The position numbers and the translations under genes are program-made. DNA of 56,784 nucleotides, counting the filler, from Dugesia japonica (lineage: Eukaryota): the NCBI GenBank assembly GCA_001938525.1. It is 3 parts of 3 records of this genome, joined end to end, with 100 filler letters (N's around TTAATTAATTAA, not from the genome) between each part and the next. Parts side by side here need not be neighbours in the genome. Positions count along the whole stretch, not along the records: positions 25,368 to 46,654 come from MQRL01643597.1; 2 more parts are not named here. One strand, 5' to 3'. Shown piece after piece: positions 27,037 to 39,737 of this stretch. The notes under the pieces are model-generated. The model searched no databases. It saw nothing but the letters and a program-made list of their open reading frames with translations, and was not told the DNA's origin. Numbering within the stretch: the stretch's first letter is position 1; each line of letters begins with the position of its first letter.

Positions 27037-27414
27037 TAGTGGTTCTCAACCTTCCTAATTTGGCGATCTTTTAATGTAGTTTATCTTGTTGTGGTAACCC
27101 CAAACAAAAAATATTTTCTTTGCAAGTAACTTTGCTACTTTTGTGAACAGTAACGTAAATATCTGATATACTACATTAAACTTGTTACGCACGCCTGTAT
27201 TTGAAGTGGTATATATTGCAGACGTGGTATTATTATATCCCCACACGGGTAACTCTTACGTGAATGTAAATGCTTTACCTGGAGACAGATAGAAAAGAGG
27301 TGTCTCAATTCTTAAGATCTCAGGAACTCCGTGTTTTCATATGAACTTAGGTGACCCCTGTGAAAGTGTCATTCGATCCTCAATGGTTCGCTACCCACAG
27401 ATTTAGAAACATTG
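27037..27414. mobile_element. SPIN/URR1-like non-autonomous hAT element
   Basis: Ends tagtggttctcaaccttcctaat... and ...acccacagatttagaaacattg. Internal ttaggtgacccctgtgaaag and gttgtggtaacccca..aaaa.atttt match my recollection of the SPIN_NA/URR1 consensus. 8-bp TSD atttagta/atttacga with central TA. Confidence 0.8.
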
Positions 27415-27921
27415 ATTTACGAATAACTCATTTTAACTGATAAAGAAATATTTTGTTAAAGCAATATGTAAATAGTTTTGTGTTACTTTGTATTTTTGAC
27501 AGTTTTGTACACCTAGTTATAATAATAATTTTTTTTAACTTTAACATGCAACTAAACTTATTTAATGATTATTTTAACCACTCTATAAAGTTAATTATCT
27601 TAAGAGTATAATAAATGCACAATTACTTCCCATAAAAGTTTGATTATAGTCATTATTTAGTTCAATTATTTATTATTTAGCTATTATCATAATATTTCGC
27701 TATTGCAATTTCTATTGAACTAATTTGAAATATTAAAATTTGTTTATTTTGGTGGTAAAAGTACCCAGGGCCGGCGCCAGACTATTTGGCACCCTAGTAC
27801 AGTGCCAACAGCAAATAATTATTTAATTTATATTAACTTTCTAAAAAAATACTATGCTGTCGTTTGTTTTAATACAGACTTACATTCAATAGAATTTTTA
27901 TGTATAATCTTATATAATGTA

Positions 27922-28061
27922 AGTTAAAAAACTTGAAATTTCTATAATTATTTATTTAAACAAAAAAAACTATTTATTAATAATGAATTCTTTAAACAAA
28001 TAATATCATTTAATTTTAACAAATTGAAAAATTTATATCATTAGTTAAATGATATATAACT
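27922..28061 (-). repeat. 3' LTR (140 bp, AGTT...AACT)
   Basis: Direct repeat of 32293-32431, about 10 substitutions and one indel by eye. Confidence 0.93.
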
Positions 28062-31000
28062 TCTCTCTTTTTTTAATTTTCATTTTCAATTCAGCTATTT
28101 AAGTCATCTGGGTTTAAGCTGTCCTGCATAATCTATAAGCACCTGATGTGGGCTTATAAATTTATTAATTTTATAAAGACCCTCATACCTGAATTCTTCT
28201 TTCTTTAACTTGTGTGGTTGTACTTTCACTAATACTTTTCCCCCTTTTTCAAAATGTCTGGACGTTCGTTTTTCACATTCATATTTTTTAATTAATGATC
28301 TGCTTTCTGTAGATTTTCATCTGCCAGTTTTTTCATTTCATTTTCTTCTTGTGGTAATCCGTGTAAGACTATTCTTCTTCCCAAGATAGACCAGTCGATT
28401 TTTGTTGTGTTGCATTTATTACAAACTGAATTCGTGGAAGCAATTTGTCCCAACCTTATTCGGTGCAGCTTTTCTTAATCATTGTTACTATCATATCTCG
28501 CAGTATTCTGATATTTCTTTCTGCTAAACTATTTGATTGATGTTGATATTGGAAAGAAAATTCTTATTGAATCTCAAAATTTTCTGCAAGTGACCGCATT
28601 AACATTCCTTCAAAGATTTTTGCTCTGTCGGTCAGAAATTATTTTGGCTTACCGAAATGATATATCTAGTTTTCCTTGTTGCTTCTACTATCGATGTTTC
28701 ATCCTGTTTACCTAATGCTGCGAATGACACTAACTTATTTTACCTGTCAACCATGATGGGAACATATTTCTTTTTGGTTTTCACTATTGAAAGTAAGCGT
28801 TATCCATGATAACCTGTTCTAATGGTCCAAATTCTGTTCGTGGAATAAGAAATTCCTTTGTTCGAACATTGTGCGTTTTACGCATGTTACATATCATACA
28901 TTTTTTAGTTGATGTCCTACTTTTTTTACATATTTGGCCAAAAACAACTTGCACTCAAATATTCCTTCAGTTTATGACCTTCCATATGACAAAATTTATC
29001 GTGCATGAAATCTATAAGATTGGGTATCGATTTTCTTTCCAATACAATTCTTTTCTTGTCTGCTTTATTGATAATCAGTATCTCATCATCCAACTCAAAT
29101 TTTTTGCAGTTTGGAAAAATATTTACTTTTGGTCACCATTGTGTCTCAGTTTATTATTTATCATTCCACTTTCATTATATTTAATGATTTCTCTCGTTAT
29201 TGGATCATTTCTTTGTACTTCTTTAATATGGCTTCTATCAAAGTTTCTTTTGTCTAAANTGTTAATTCTTTTAACTCGAGATTGTTCCCCATTGGTATCT
29301 TGATGTAAAGTCTGACAAAGACTCTCTCCTATCCTTGAAAGTACATCAGCATTTCCATGAGCTGCTCCTTTTCGGAATTTTAGATCGAAATTAAATTCTG
29401 AGAAATTTGTTATCCATGTTTAAAATTGAAAACTAATGTCATAAATGTCTATGCTTTATGACCCGTTCTTGCTTTAAATTTCTTGCCAAACAAATAGTGT
29501 TTAAAATACATCATAAACTCATGCAGAGTTAACAATTCCTTACGAGTAACACAATATCTTTTTTCGGGATTGTTTAAAGTTCGAGAACCGAATGCTATCA
29601 CCATTTCCAATACATTATCCATTATTTGACTCAAAACCCCTCCAATTGCTCCTAAACTAGTATCAGTATCCAATATCATTTTGCTCTTATTATTTGGGAA
29701 AGTCATAATAGGAGCACTACACAATTTTATCTTCAAAGATTGAAAACTATCTTCACATTCATTTGTCCATTCAATGTTCTTTTCTTGTCTTGTCGTNGCT
29801 GCATACAATGGTGCTGCAAGTAAAGCATAATCTTTACATGCTTGTGTCCATTCATTTGCATAATCTTTTATAAAACGCCTGTAATAATTTGTCAATCCTA
29901 AGAACGCTCGTATTTGCGTGGCACATTTTGGCATTACTACTTCTCAATTTTTTTTGATGATTTCATTATTTGTCTCNNNNNNNNNNNNNNNNNNNNNNNN
30001 NNNNNNNNNNNNNNNNNNNNNNNNNNACACCTTTAAAGCTAATTGTATGTCCTAACAATTTCAGCTTCTTGGAATTTAACACACATTTATCTGGATTTAT
30101 TTTTAAACCCGCATCTTTTAGAAGCTGAAAAATTTTACCAACTCGTTTGTCGTGCTCCTCATTAGTTTTAGCATTTATTTAAATATCATCCATATATACT
30201 AATACTCTTTTGTACAACATTCCTTCAAATATTTTAAGCATCAAGCTTTGAAATGTTGCTGGTGCAGTACATAATTTAAAGAGCATTTGATTAAAACAAA
30301 ATTGATCCATTTTTGCATTAAAAGCTGTCTTCAGTTTTGATTCTTCGCTTAGATAAATTTGATGATATGCTTGCACTAAACCAAGCGTTTCTAATAATAA
30401 TTGAATATCTAGAACTGTAAACAAATATTTTTCTGTAATTGAATTCAATTTTCTAAAATCAAGACACATTCTTATCATTCCATCTTTCTTTGGTAAAATT
30501 TCTAATAAGAAATTCCATGAACTTCTGCAACTTCTGATAATATTTGATTTTCTAGGATTTTCTAACAATTCATCTATTTTACTTTCCAAGTGCATCGTCT
30601 GTCTTCTCAGGTTTATTATTATTGGAGGTTCTGTCGTTTCCATGTGATGTTGCATCAGTTTTGCATATCCAAGATCAAATTTTGATGACATAAATATGTT
30701 TTTGTAAGTTTCTATCATTTCTCTTACTTCTTACTGACATTATTTAAAGCATTAAAGTAATTTCCCACTCTTTCTGTATTATCAGTAAAGTGATTTTCAT
30801 CGTTTGAGTTAATAAAATCAACTTCAGTAATTTTCATTCCAAATAGCTTTCTCATATCAATACTTCCGATACATTTTGGACAAATATTTCTAACAATTAT
30901 TACTTCTTTCTCTCTTAGCTTCCCATTACATTGTAATTTCAGTTTAGTTTTCCCTATATATTTTCTCCTTTTTGGGAGAACACTCTTGCTAGAAGAATGT

Positions 31001-32292
31001 GCGACGATGACAAATTAATTGATCCGATTCTTCTCCACACATCAGCACTCATGACTAATATTGCTGCTCCTGAATCTCACAACATCTCAATGTCATATCC
31101 ATTGCAACGCATTAAACTCCATTCTCTTCCATCTCTCTTCTGAAACATCTTATCATCGAACATCAATTTTTCATCTCAGAGTATTTTCTTTGTTATTGCA
31201 GCCTTACTGAGGAGATGGATGCAGTGGGTTGCTGATCGTTTTATATCATCATCGTCTGAAAGAACATCGTTTATATACTCAATTTGTTCACCACTGTAAG
31301 ATAACATATCATCTTCTTCTGCAATACACAATATCTTCGAAATGTGGAATTTCTTATTCGAATTAATGGACAATCTCGAAAATTATGACCTTCTTTTCCA
31401 CATATTAAACATTTGTCTTTAATTGTAAAATTCATTTTTCTATTTCTTGTATCTCCACAGCAGAAACATGCGTCCGGTGTTAAAACTTCTTCTCGTGGAG
31501 GATTCTTTCCTTTGACTTTGCAATAGAGCTTAAATAAATAATAATTTTCGTCGATATTCGANNNNNNNNNNNNNNNNNNNNNNNNNNNNNNNNNNNNNNN
31601 NNNNNNNNNNNNNNNNNNNNNNNNNNNNNNNNNNNNNNNNNNNNNNNNNNNNNNNNNNNNNNNNNNNNNNNNNNNNNNNNNNNNNNNNNNNNNNNNNNNN
31701 NNNNNNNNNNNNNNNNNNNNNNNNNNNNNNNNNNNNNNNNNNNNNNNNNNNNNNNNNNNNNNNNNNNNNNNACAGAATATGTTTGGTATTAATTTATCCA
31801 AATTATTGGCTAATTCTCGCCTTTGCATATCAGTAAGTTCTGGTTGAAGGACAAATGTTTCTTTTAATTTTTCGCTCTTTACACCATTAATTACAAATAT
31901 TGTTGCAATTTCATCTAGAGTCTATTTACTTGCAAACACTTCGTTCACTATTTTTCTGACTCTTAACGTGAAATTACGATATTTTTCAGTTGGGTTTTGT
32001 TTGATCTTCGTAAAAGTGTTATTTTATTCACCAGTGTCTCTGAAATCACAAATGACTCACGAAACCACTTTTCGCAGATCTTGTTCATCAAAATTGAACC
32101 TTCTTTGCATTTTCCCACCAATAACTCTTTCGCATCTCGTCTCATTAACATATCAAACGCGAACGATATCTCCATTTGATTAAACTCTGCAAATTCTTTT
32201 GTAGTCCGAAGATGGCAGCTTTGCAAAAATCTTTTTGGGGATCATCTTTTTCTTTTTTCGTCANNNNNNNNNNNNNNNNNNNNNNNGTCGTC

Positions 32293-32431
32293 AGTTAAAA
32301 GACTTGAACTTTCCATAATTATTTATTTAAACAAAAATACTATTCATTAATAATGAATTATTTAAACAAATAATATCCTTTAATTTTAACAAATTGAAAA
32401 ATTTATATCATTTCATAAATGATATATAACT
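32293..32431 (-). repeat. 5' LTR (139 bp, AGTT...AACT)
   Basis: Direct repeat of 27922-28061. Confidence 0.93.
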
Positions 32432-33719
32432 ATGTAATTTCAAAACTTTATTTTTCGCGCTTTTGTTTAGCAAATGTATAAAGGAGTTACACCAGGTTAA
32501 TATCTCTAGCAATATCATGTTCAATTGAAAGAGTAGCTAGTCCTGCAATCACTTTGAGCTTTAAGAAACTGTGGTTGCTACTTGGTTCAAAAACTGGAAG
32601 TACCAAGAGGATTCTTAGAGCTCTTTCAGTGTTTGGGACGATATCTGTTAGATTAATTTTCACTACAAAATTTAGTACATCCTATGGCGGTGTACACCTT
32701 TCAACTCGTCTTGAAATGGCTTTCAGTTCACTGAATAGATACATTGAATCAATATCTTTCTCATGAAATAAGCAATATTCCGTACGTTTCCTGCTAGTTT
32801 TATTTTGCAAACTGTAAACATCATAAAAGAAACCAAACAGCTAACTAATTTTTGCTTCGAAGTTAATCTTTCTTCAATTGATTTTATTGCCGTGTCAAAA
32901 CAGCGAAGTAAGATTTTACGTAGAATTTGTCTTTTGGATCCTGAATAGGTTCGTCGTCATCTCATTTGCATGATAATGGTTTTTTCTTTCTTCTGATACC
33001 GGTTGGTTTGGATTAAAAAGGTGCTGGTATCTCTAAATTGAATGTAATTCCAGCTACATTTACCAGTGTTTCTTCAAACTCCGTGTCATTTCTGCGGTTT
33101 ACGAGATATGTTTTTGTTTTATTCAAATGATTAATAGCGTCATGCATGTCTAACGCTTTTGTCTGAAGTTGTTTACTAGTCATGTTGATTTAAAACAACA
33201 CGTCACATTACACAACTAATGAAATGACAAACTTAAAACTAGAAATGGTTTTGCAATAATTCCTGAATATGTTCGTGACTTATCCTCAGATGTTCCTGTT
33301 AGATTTGTATCATCTGCAATCTCTGCCAAAGCATCATAAATATTATAAAGCTCATAACAAAGATGTTTCAAAGCATCATTTCAACTTTACCAACTTGTTT
33401 CACTCAGTTGTTTAATAGGGAAATTAGAAACAGGTCGATTAAAAACTTCCTAAAGACGAATTGCTTAAAAAACATAAACACGTTGCACTAGATCAAAGAA
33501 AACTGTTGTATCTAAGCAAAATTTGCAGCACTATTAATAGCCAAATTCAAGGTATTTGCAAAGGAAGGAACAAACAATGTTCGGGGATTGCCATATTTTG
33601 TCTTTTCCTTTCATATTGCTGCCATTATTATGTTATTATCCACTTCACTGAATTTCTCACGCCATAATAGAATTGGGGACATGTTTTTCGAATTTTATGA
33701 ACTTTTATCAGGAAGATAT

Positions 33720-35160
33720 TAGGGTTTCTGGAAATCCGCACTTTTTCAAAACCACGGTTTCAGTTTTGTATTCGGTTTTTGGTAATATTTGATATTTGAA
33801 TGGGTTAGATTACTAGAAATTTTGAATATATATTTTAAAATTATTAGATCAGTTTTGTTTCATTTCACTATTTCTAAACATTTGAAGTTATTTACTTTCT
33901 CTATAAAAATTCCAATCTAGTTTCTTGGCTATGATTCTCTTAAAGAACGCTGTAAACGTCATTCAGTTGTATAACTAATATGTTAAGTATTTAAATGCAA
34001 AATTTATATTGATACGTAAATAAATTAGTGTTTAAGTACAGGTAGAACTAAGTACAAGCCGAAATATTATATCTATGAATATAAATATTAATGTCTTTTT
34101 AATTATAAAACTAAATATAAAAACTAAACAAAATTTGACATAAAACTAAATTTATTTTAAATTCAAAAAATAATGTTTTAAAACACTAAGCTATTTAAAT
34201 GTTTATCGTTCAATCGAGATCTTAATTTTGTACAAACGTTTGCGCTTAGAGAAAAGGTTCTTTCAGCGTAGGTGGATGTAGTTTTAATTGCAGAGAGTGC
34301 TTGAAACAACATATTTAATTTTTTTGTTCTCTCGAAAGCTCTTTTATATGTAATGAACTCTTGTTTCAAAGAGTTTGAAGAGTGATTTGTTTTCTTTTAA
34401 GTATTTTTTTTAATACGTATTGAATAGCTTTTTGAACTTCGTCTTGCAGGAATAGTTTGAGTTGGCCACTTCTTCTAATTCTTCTAAACATTACAAACAT
34501 ACACGTTTAACTTTATTGTTGCCTGGATAAAGTTATTCAAAAAGATTTCCGGCAAATAATCAAACAGACTTTGTAGAAATTTTGAAGGATCAAATAAACA
34601 TGTAGCCAATTCTGTTAATTTCAGATTTTCATCGGTTTTCAAACGTTCCATGATATTATCCATTAAAGCTTTGCTTTTATTAAAGCTAATACATTTCTTT
34701 ACAAGATTCCTATTACACCTTGTTCCGTAAATATGTTTGAATCGCCGGTACCTAATGTTTTTACTAATACTCTTACCGGAGATAAAATTTCCTTTAAGTT
34801 ACATAACAATTGAAAATAAACATTTTTAATTTAATGCACTGAATTTAATTTTGTTAGAGTCTGTAATACTGGGACTTGTAGAAGAATAAATGTTTCTTAC
34901 ATTGGTTCAACTCTTTTCTTTTTGGAAAAGAGTTTTTATGTTTTGTTGTAGAAAATTGCTATCTATCGGAAATAAACGAAACAAATTCAATCCCTTATAG
35001 ATGGGAATGGTTATTTTTTTTCCATACAAAAACTTTTCTTTTCCTACAATTTTTTAAATTAAAACCAAAAACTGCGGTTCTTTTTGACAGTTAATCAGTT
35101 TCGGTTTTTTATAGAAAACTGCGGTTTTAGGGTTCGGATATATCCGGACCAGAAACCCTA
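33720..35160 (-). mobile_element. Inner hAT element (internally deleted) with transposase C-terminal remnant
   Basis: Perfect 12-bp TIR TAGGGTTTCTGG / CCAGAAACCCTA, TSD gaagatat/gaagagat, subterminal cggttt repeats, 'TTSTYAERTFSLSANVCTKLRSRLND' dimerisation motif at 34178-34369. Confidence 0.92.
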
Positions 35161-36415
35161 GAAGAGATGATTCACTTATTTTGTTACTGGCATACAGCTT
35201 GCAACAGAAGCAACAAACAAAGTCATCACTTACAGAATACTGAAGCCAATGTNNNNNNNNNNNNNNNNNNNNNNNNNNNNNNNNNNNNNNNNNNNNNNNN
35301 NNNNNNNNNNNNNNNNNNNNNNNNNNNNNNNNNNNNNNNNNNNNNNNNNNNNNNNNNNNNNNNNNNNNNNNNNNNNNNNNNNNNNNNNNNNNNNNNNNNN
35401 NNNNNNNNNNNNNNNNNNNNNNNNNNNNNNNNNNNNNAATGAAATTATCGATTCTATGCCCTCCATATTTTGTTCCTTAGTGCATACCATGCATTTCATT
35501 TTGTAGTTCAAACTCTTCTGATACTGTCTCTTCGGACTCCTCGACTACTTTATTCGTTTCGGCTTGATTGTTTAACTCCTCTGAACAATCTTAATCTCTA
35601 CCTAGATGGAATATCAACGTATTTAATACTAAAAGGCGGTATTTTTTAATATTTCAATTTCTGACTGATCTTCTAGAGCCGTACTATGTGGCTGTCTACT
35701 TCGTTTAGTAGTTAAACTGGCCCTGATGGTACATGCTTCTGACCAACTAAAATTATTATCACTGCTGAATAAATATACATTGATGCTTTAATACCAAGAT
35801 AATACTCCATAAACATCTAACAGTTTTATAAATTTTATGTTATATAATCTTTTGTGCTATAATAAAGTGCCTTGAAATTTATGAAACCACCAAGAATTAA
35901 AGTAAAATATTGAAATAATTTTAATTAGTTATGTAACAGTAAATATTGATATACTTCGAAATTTAAAAATAGGTTACCAAGTAGCCGTAAAACTGGTATA
36001 GAGTATTTTTGGTCTTGCTCAAATTAAATGTGCAAGATTGTAGACATAAAAATTTTCTCTATGATGTTGTACAACGTGTCGAAATTAATCTGAGGAAATC
36101 TTCCGCTTTGTATAGTTATAATACTCCGATAGTGTAATGAGTAAAGTAGTCAATGTGTATTCGTTTGAGAAATGTAGATAATGGCATTTTTCTCATATCT
36201 TTTATGACGTACACCTTAAACACTTGTAGCTAAATGGTTGTTGCATTACTGCCTATATTTGGTGACTTGGTTTCAGGTAGCTTCTCGATACTACTAGACA
36301 AGAAGCTTATGAAGTCACGAAGATCTTTAATATAATTTTTAAAAATAATTTTAAATAGATGTACAATTACAATTATTGGGAGGACTTAACCATTGATCGT
36401 ATTTGAGATTTCTTC

Positions 36416-36587
36416 AAATTAAAAGCTTTGATTAAAATATTGTTTTTATTTTTGTTTATTTTTAGTTCTTGATAGTATTTTGAATTTTTGATTAAATCTT
36501 CGTTAGAAATTGACTTTTTGACAAAAATTCGAAATACTATCACGAAAAAAAAACGGAAAACAATATTTTTATCGAAGCTTTTAATTT
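36416..36587. repeat. Head-to-head inverted pair of the hammerhead repeat (degenerate ribozyme on minus strand)
   Basis: Minus strand reads aaaagtcaattt-CTAACGA-A-GAT-TTA-ATC-AAAAATTC then the tail. The plus strand carries a mirrored copy caaaaattcgaaatactatca...aaacaatatttttatcgaagcttttaattt. Confidence 0.7.
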
Positions 36588-37059
36588 AAAAAAAATCTAA
36601 AATAATTTAAAAAATTAGAAAAATCGAAAAATTTGTATGAAAATAAATTAATAAAAATAAATTCAGTTTGAAATAAATAAATTTTTGTTGTTGTTTTAAT
36701 TTTTTTGAAAAATTCANTTTATATCTGTTTATCATTTTATAAAAAAAATTTAAATTGAATCATCTAATTTTTTAAATTCAACGACGAGTGTCTCAAACTC
36801 ATCTTACACATTTAAAAAACAAACGAAATTTAAGCTAATTTCTTTCATTTCTAAAATTTTCAAACCAAAAACTAAATTTTTAAAATTAATCTAGGAATTT
36901 TAAAAATTTTATCCAACCAATGAAATAGTCAAATTTTCTGTCTACATTTTTCTCAACAAAATTTTTAACCTTATGAGATTGAAATACGACTTTTATATTT
37001 AAAATATTCCTAAGTGCNNNNNNNNNNNNNNNNNTAAATTCAGTAGGCTACTGCATGTC

Positions 37060-38030
37060 ATTTCGTCAGTGGGGAAGAAGTGGCCAAGTTCTGCACTACC
37101 CATCTGCTAATACTAGATGAATACAAATTTTTCGGTAATTATTGTAATTCAACAAAAAATCGAAAATCATTTTATTGATTACAATTAAAATTTGTCATTT
37201 CCTTCATACCGACAAGATACTTGCAAACAAAACGTTTCATGAAATTTGGTCATTAAAAGAACCAGATTGCCATTTTCATAGTTAAAACAAGAACAGCTTT
37301 ATCTTTGAACTGATCGAACGATACCCAAATTTTTTTCGATTGATTTTATGCATAATAACGATGTTTTCTTCGTTTCAGCACCAAAAATATAATATATAGT
37401 TTCTTTTATTATCTTTTATATCAGCTTGTAAGTTTAATATGCATAAAGTTTGTCTGATTTTGATGCAATCCTAATCAAATGAATTGTCAATTCGGTAGTA
37501 CTATGCACTATTAAAGTCGTCAACAAGGCAAATATGATACTCAATAACTNNNNNNNNNNNNNNNNNNNNNNNNNNNNNNNNNNNNNNNNNNNNNNNNNNN
37601 TCTCCTAAACCTTTTTGGAGTGCCCATATTTGTCAGTTCTCAATGCATTCAAACAATTCTGATCTTGAGCTTGAAATTCAGCCCTGAAAGCTGCTTTACT
37701 TCAGCTTTGGCCTCTTTTGAGAGACCTCTTTCGATAACGTCGCACGCATGTATGTTATTGGCTCTAAATATTGTTATTTTCTCTTTTATTTTCATACAAG
37801 TATATGCCTGCATCGTATAACAGACTTAAAAATACCACACGATTGCTGTGATCACCTTCTAAACACTATTTTTGCAGTAATAAATTTAGGACTTCCATCG
37901 CCTCATAAGTAGTGCTGAATTGAGCATCAGCATTCACTTTACGAGCAAGTGCTATTTTTCTGCTAAACGCGCGTGGTTCAATCTCGCTTTCTTCCTTGCT
38001 AAAGCTTGATCAACAAAATTTTGAGTCATT
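37060..38030 (-). mobile_element. Probable Mutator-like (MULE) transposase relic
   Basis: Broken frames give an N-terminal C..H region ('NNIHACD..ERGLSKEAKAEVKQL'), 'LTT' and 'LCI..TYKL' (cf. HxDATYKL). Confidence 0.45.
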
Positions 38031-38834
38031 CTGATTAAATGAATAAAAAAACTAAAATTAAATTATTTAAAGGCCACCATGGCTTTTTTTTACAATTAAG
38101 CGTTAAAAGTTATAATATTTATTCAAATATTTAGTTGATGGATACTTTAGTAAAACATTTGTCTTTATTATACGGCAGTTCATAGTATGGTCACAAAATT
38201 TTTACTAAGCATTTAATTTTTCTACTCAGCATTTAAATCTCAGCCAACCTTAATTGTAATTCCTTAGTAATTTTATTAAGGATTTGAATTTAAAGAATAA
38301 CANNNNNNNNNNNNNNNNNNNNNNNNNNNNNNNNNNNNNATTTTATTATCGAAATCTAACAAAATGTAAAATATTATTCTTTAAAAAATATTATACTGTA
38401 TCTTTTACCAACTGCATTTATTCTTTTATAACATATTCACATGAAATTGCTTATTTTGCAAAATGAAATAAATTTTAAATTGTAAATTAGATAAAAAATA
38501 ATAAAAAAATTACAATTGAAAAGTAATTTATTTATTAAATGAATCATATCGAAATATATATAAAAATATAAATCTTAAAGAAAATTAAAATATAATTTTT
38601 TAAAAAATTGTTAATTGAACGAAAGAAATAAAATTGCTATTGACTAATTTAAACTAATAAATATTTAATTTCTTTACAAAACTCGGTAAATTAAAAACAA
38701 TTTACGTTTTAATCAATTTGCTTTAATCAATTAATATTTTCGTTAAATTCAAGCTTATACTATTACTAGATATTTTATTATTGATTGGGTTATTATGGAT
38801 TTCATTATTATAACGAAGATTATTTAAGCGAATA

Positions 38835-39446
38835 ATGTTTAATCAATCACAAAATTTAATCAACAAAAACGTTTGTAATGAAAGTGGAGAATTTCAAACA
38901 AAAACCAATTCAATAAATGATTTTAATTTCATGTATAATAATCATAATGAGTCCAGCAAAAAAAAATCTAAAGAAAAATCTGAAAAAGACAAATCACAAA
39001 AAAGTGAAACAAAATCTGCAATGAAAAAAAGTAAATCTGATAAAAAGAGTGATGGTAAAAGTAATGAAAGTAAATCAAATAAGAAAAATGTTGAATATAC
39101 AAAGGATGAAAAAAAATCCAATCAAAAATCAAAAACGTCGAAAAGTGATTCAAATCCCGATACTTCTGAAATGAAAAAACGAAATTCAAAGAAAAAAGAC
39201 AGATCAGCGAAAGATAGTATAAAAGACGACAGAATTTCAATTAGTATTCTCCAAGATAGAACTGCAAAACGAAAGGAAATTATTGATAATGCAGTGTCTA
39301 AAGGTCAATTAAATTTGGTTGATTTTACTAATTTGAAAGGCGAAGAGCTGAGAAAAGAATTAGAAAAACAGAATAGAGAAAGAGAAAAAAGAATGCAAAA
39401 ATATATTAAATTTGATGAAACAGTTATCATTGATAATACTGAAGAA
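38835..39446 (+). CDS. Orphan gene exon 1 (K/S/D/E-rich, coiled coil)
   Basis: 204 open codons from ATG in ~80% AT DNA; phase-0 donor GAA|gtgagg. Confidence 0.75.
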
Positions 39447-39616
39447 GTGAGGTTTATTTATAACAAATATTTTAATAAGTTTTAGTTAACATTAATAAAA
39501 TCTCTAATGCGATCAAACGTTAAATCCAATAATTATTCTCACAAAAATTGTAATTGTAAAAATTAATAAAATTTGCTTAAATTTTTTTATTGCAAATTTA
39601 CTTTGCTAACATTTCT

Positions 39617-39737
39617 GACTTCCGGACGAAGACAGTCGAAAATTAAAATTATTATCAAAAAAAAATTTTTAATCGAAGCTTTTATTTTAATGAATTCTGA
39701 AAAAAACGATCAATGGTTACGTCCAACAATTATTCTC
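39617..39737 (+). ncRNA. Hammerhead-ribozyme repeat, copy F (degenerate)
   Basis: C-CGGACGA-A-GAC-A-GTC-GAA-AATT-A followed by the full family tail. A further tail-only copy lies at 39509-39562. Confidence 0.7.

Larger units (their letters stand above)
27922..32431 (-). mobile_element. Structurally complete but decayed Ty3/Gypsy LTR retrotransposon, 4.5 kb
   Basis: Two LTRs, exact 5-bp TSD ATGTA (27917-27921 / 32432-32436), PPT at 28062-28074, PBS-like TGACGAC. CCHC gag, RT 'LVYMDDI', RNase H 'LDTDTS..TRKELL', integrase with terminal 'YEGLYK'. Confidence 0.95.
27766..35725 (-). mobile_element. Outer hAT (Tip100/ZMYM1-like) transposon, interrupted by two nested insertions
   Basis: Termini CAGGGCCGG / CTGGCCCTG. 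TTF-type Zn finger 'CFCCKLY' at ~35190-35210, dimerisation domain 'SFLKLKVIAGLATLSIEHDIA' at ~32510-32570. Degenerate TSD aaagtacc/atggtaca. Confidence 0.75.

Noticed and set aside
28806-29303. 165-aa plus-strand ORF
   Set aside because: Antisense shadow of the Gypsy integrase region.
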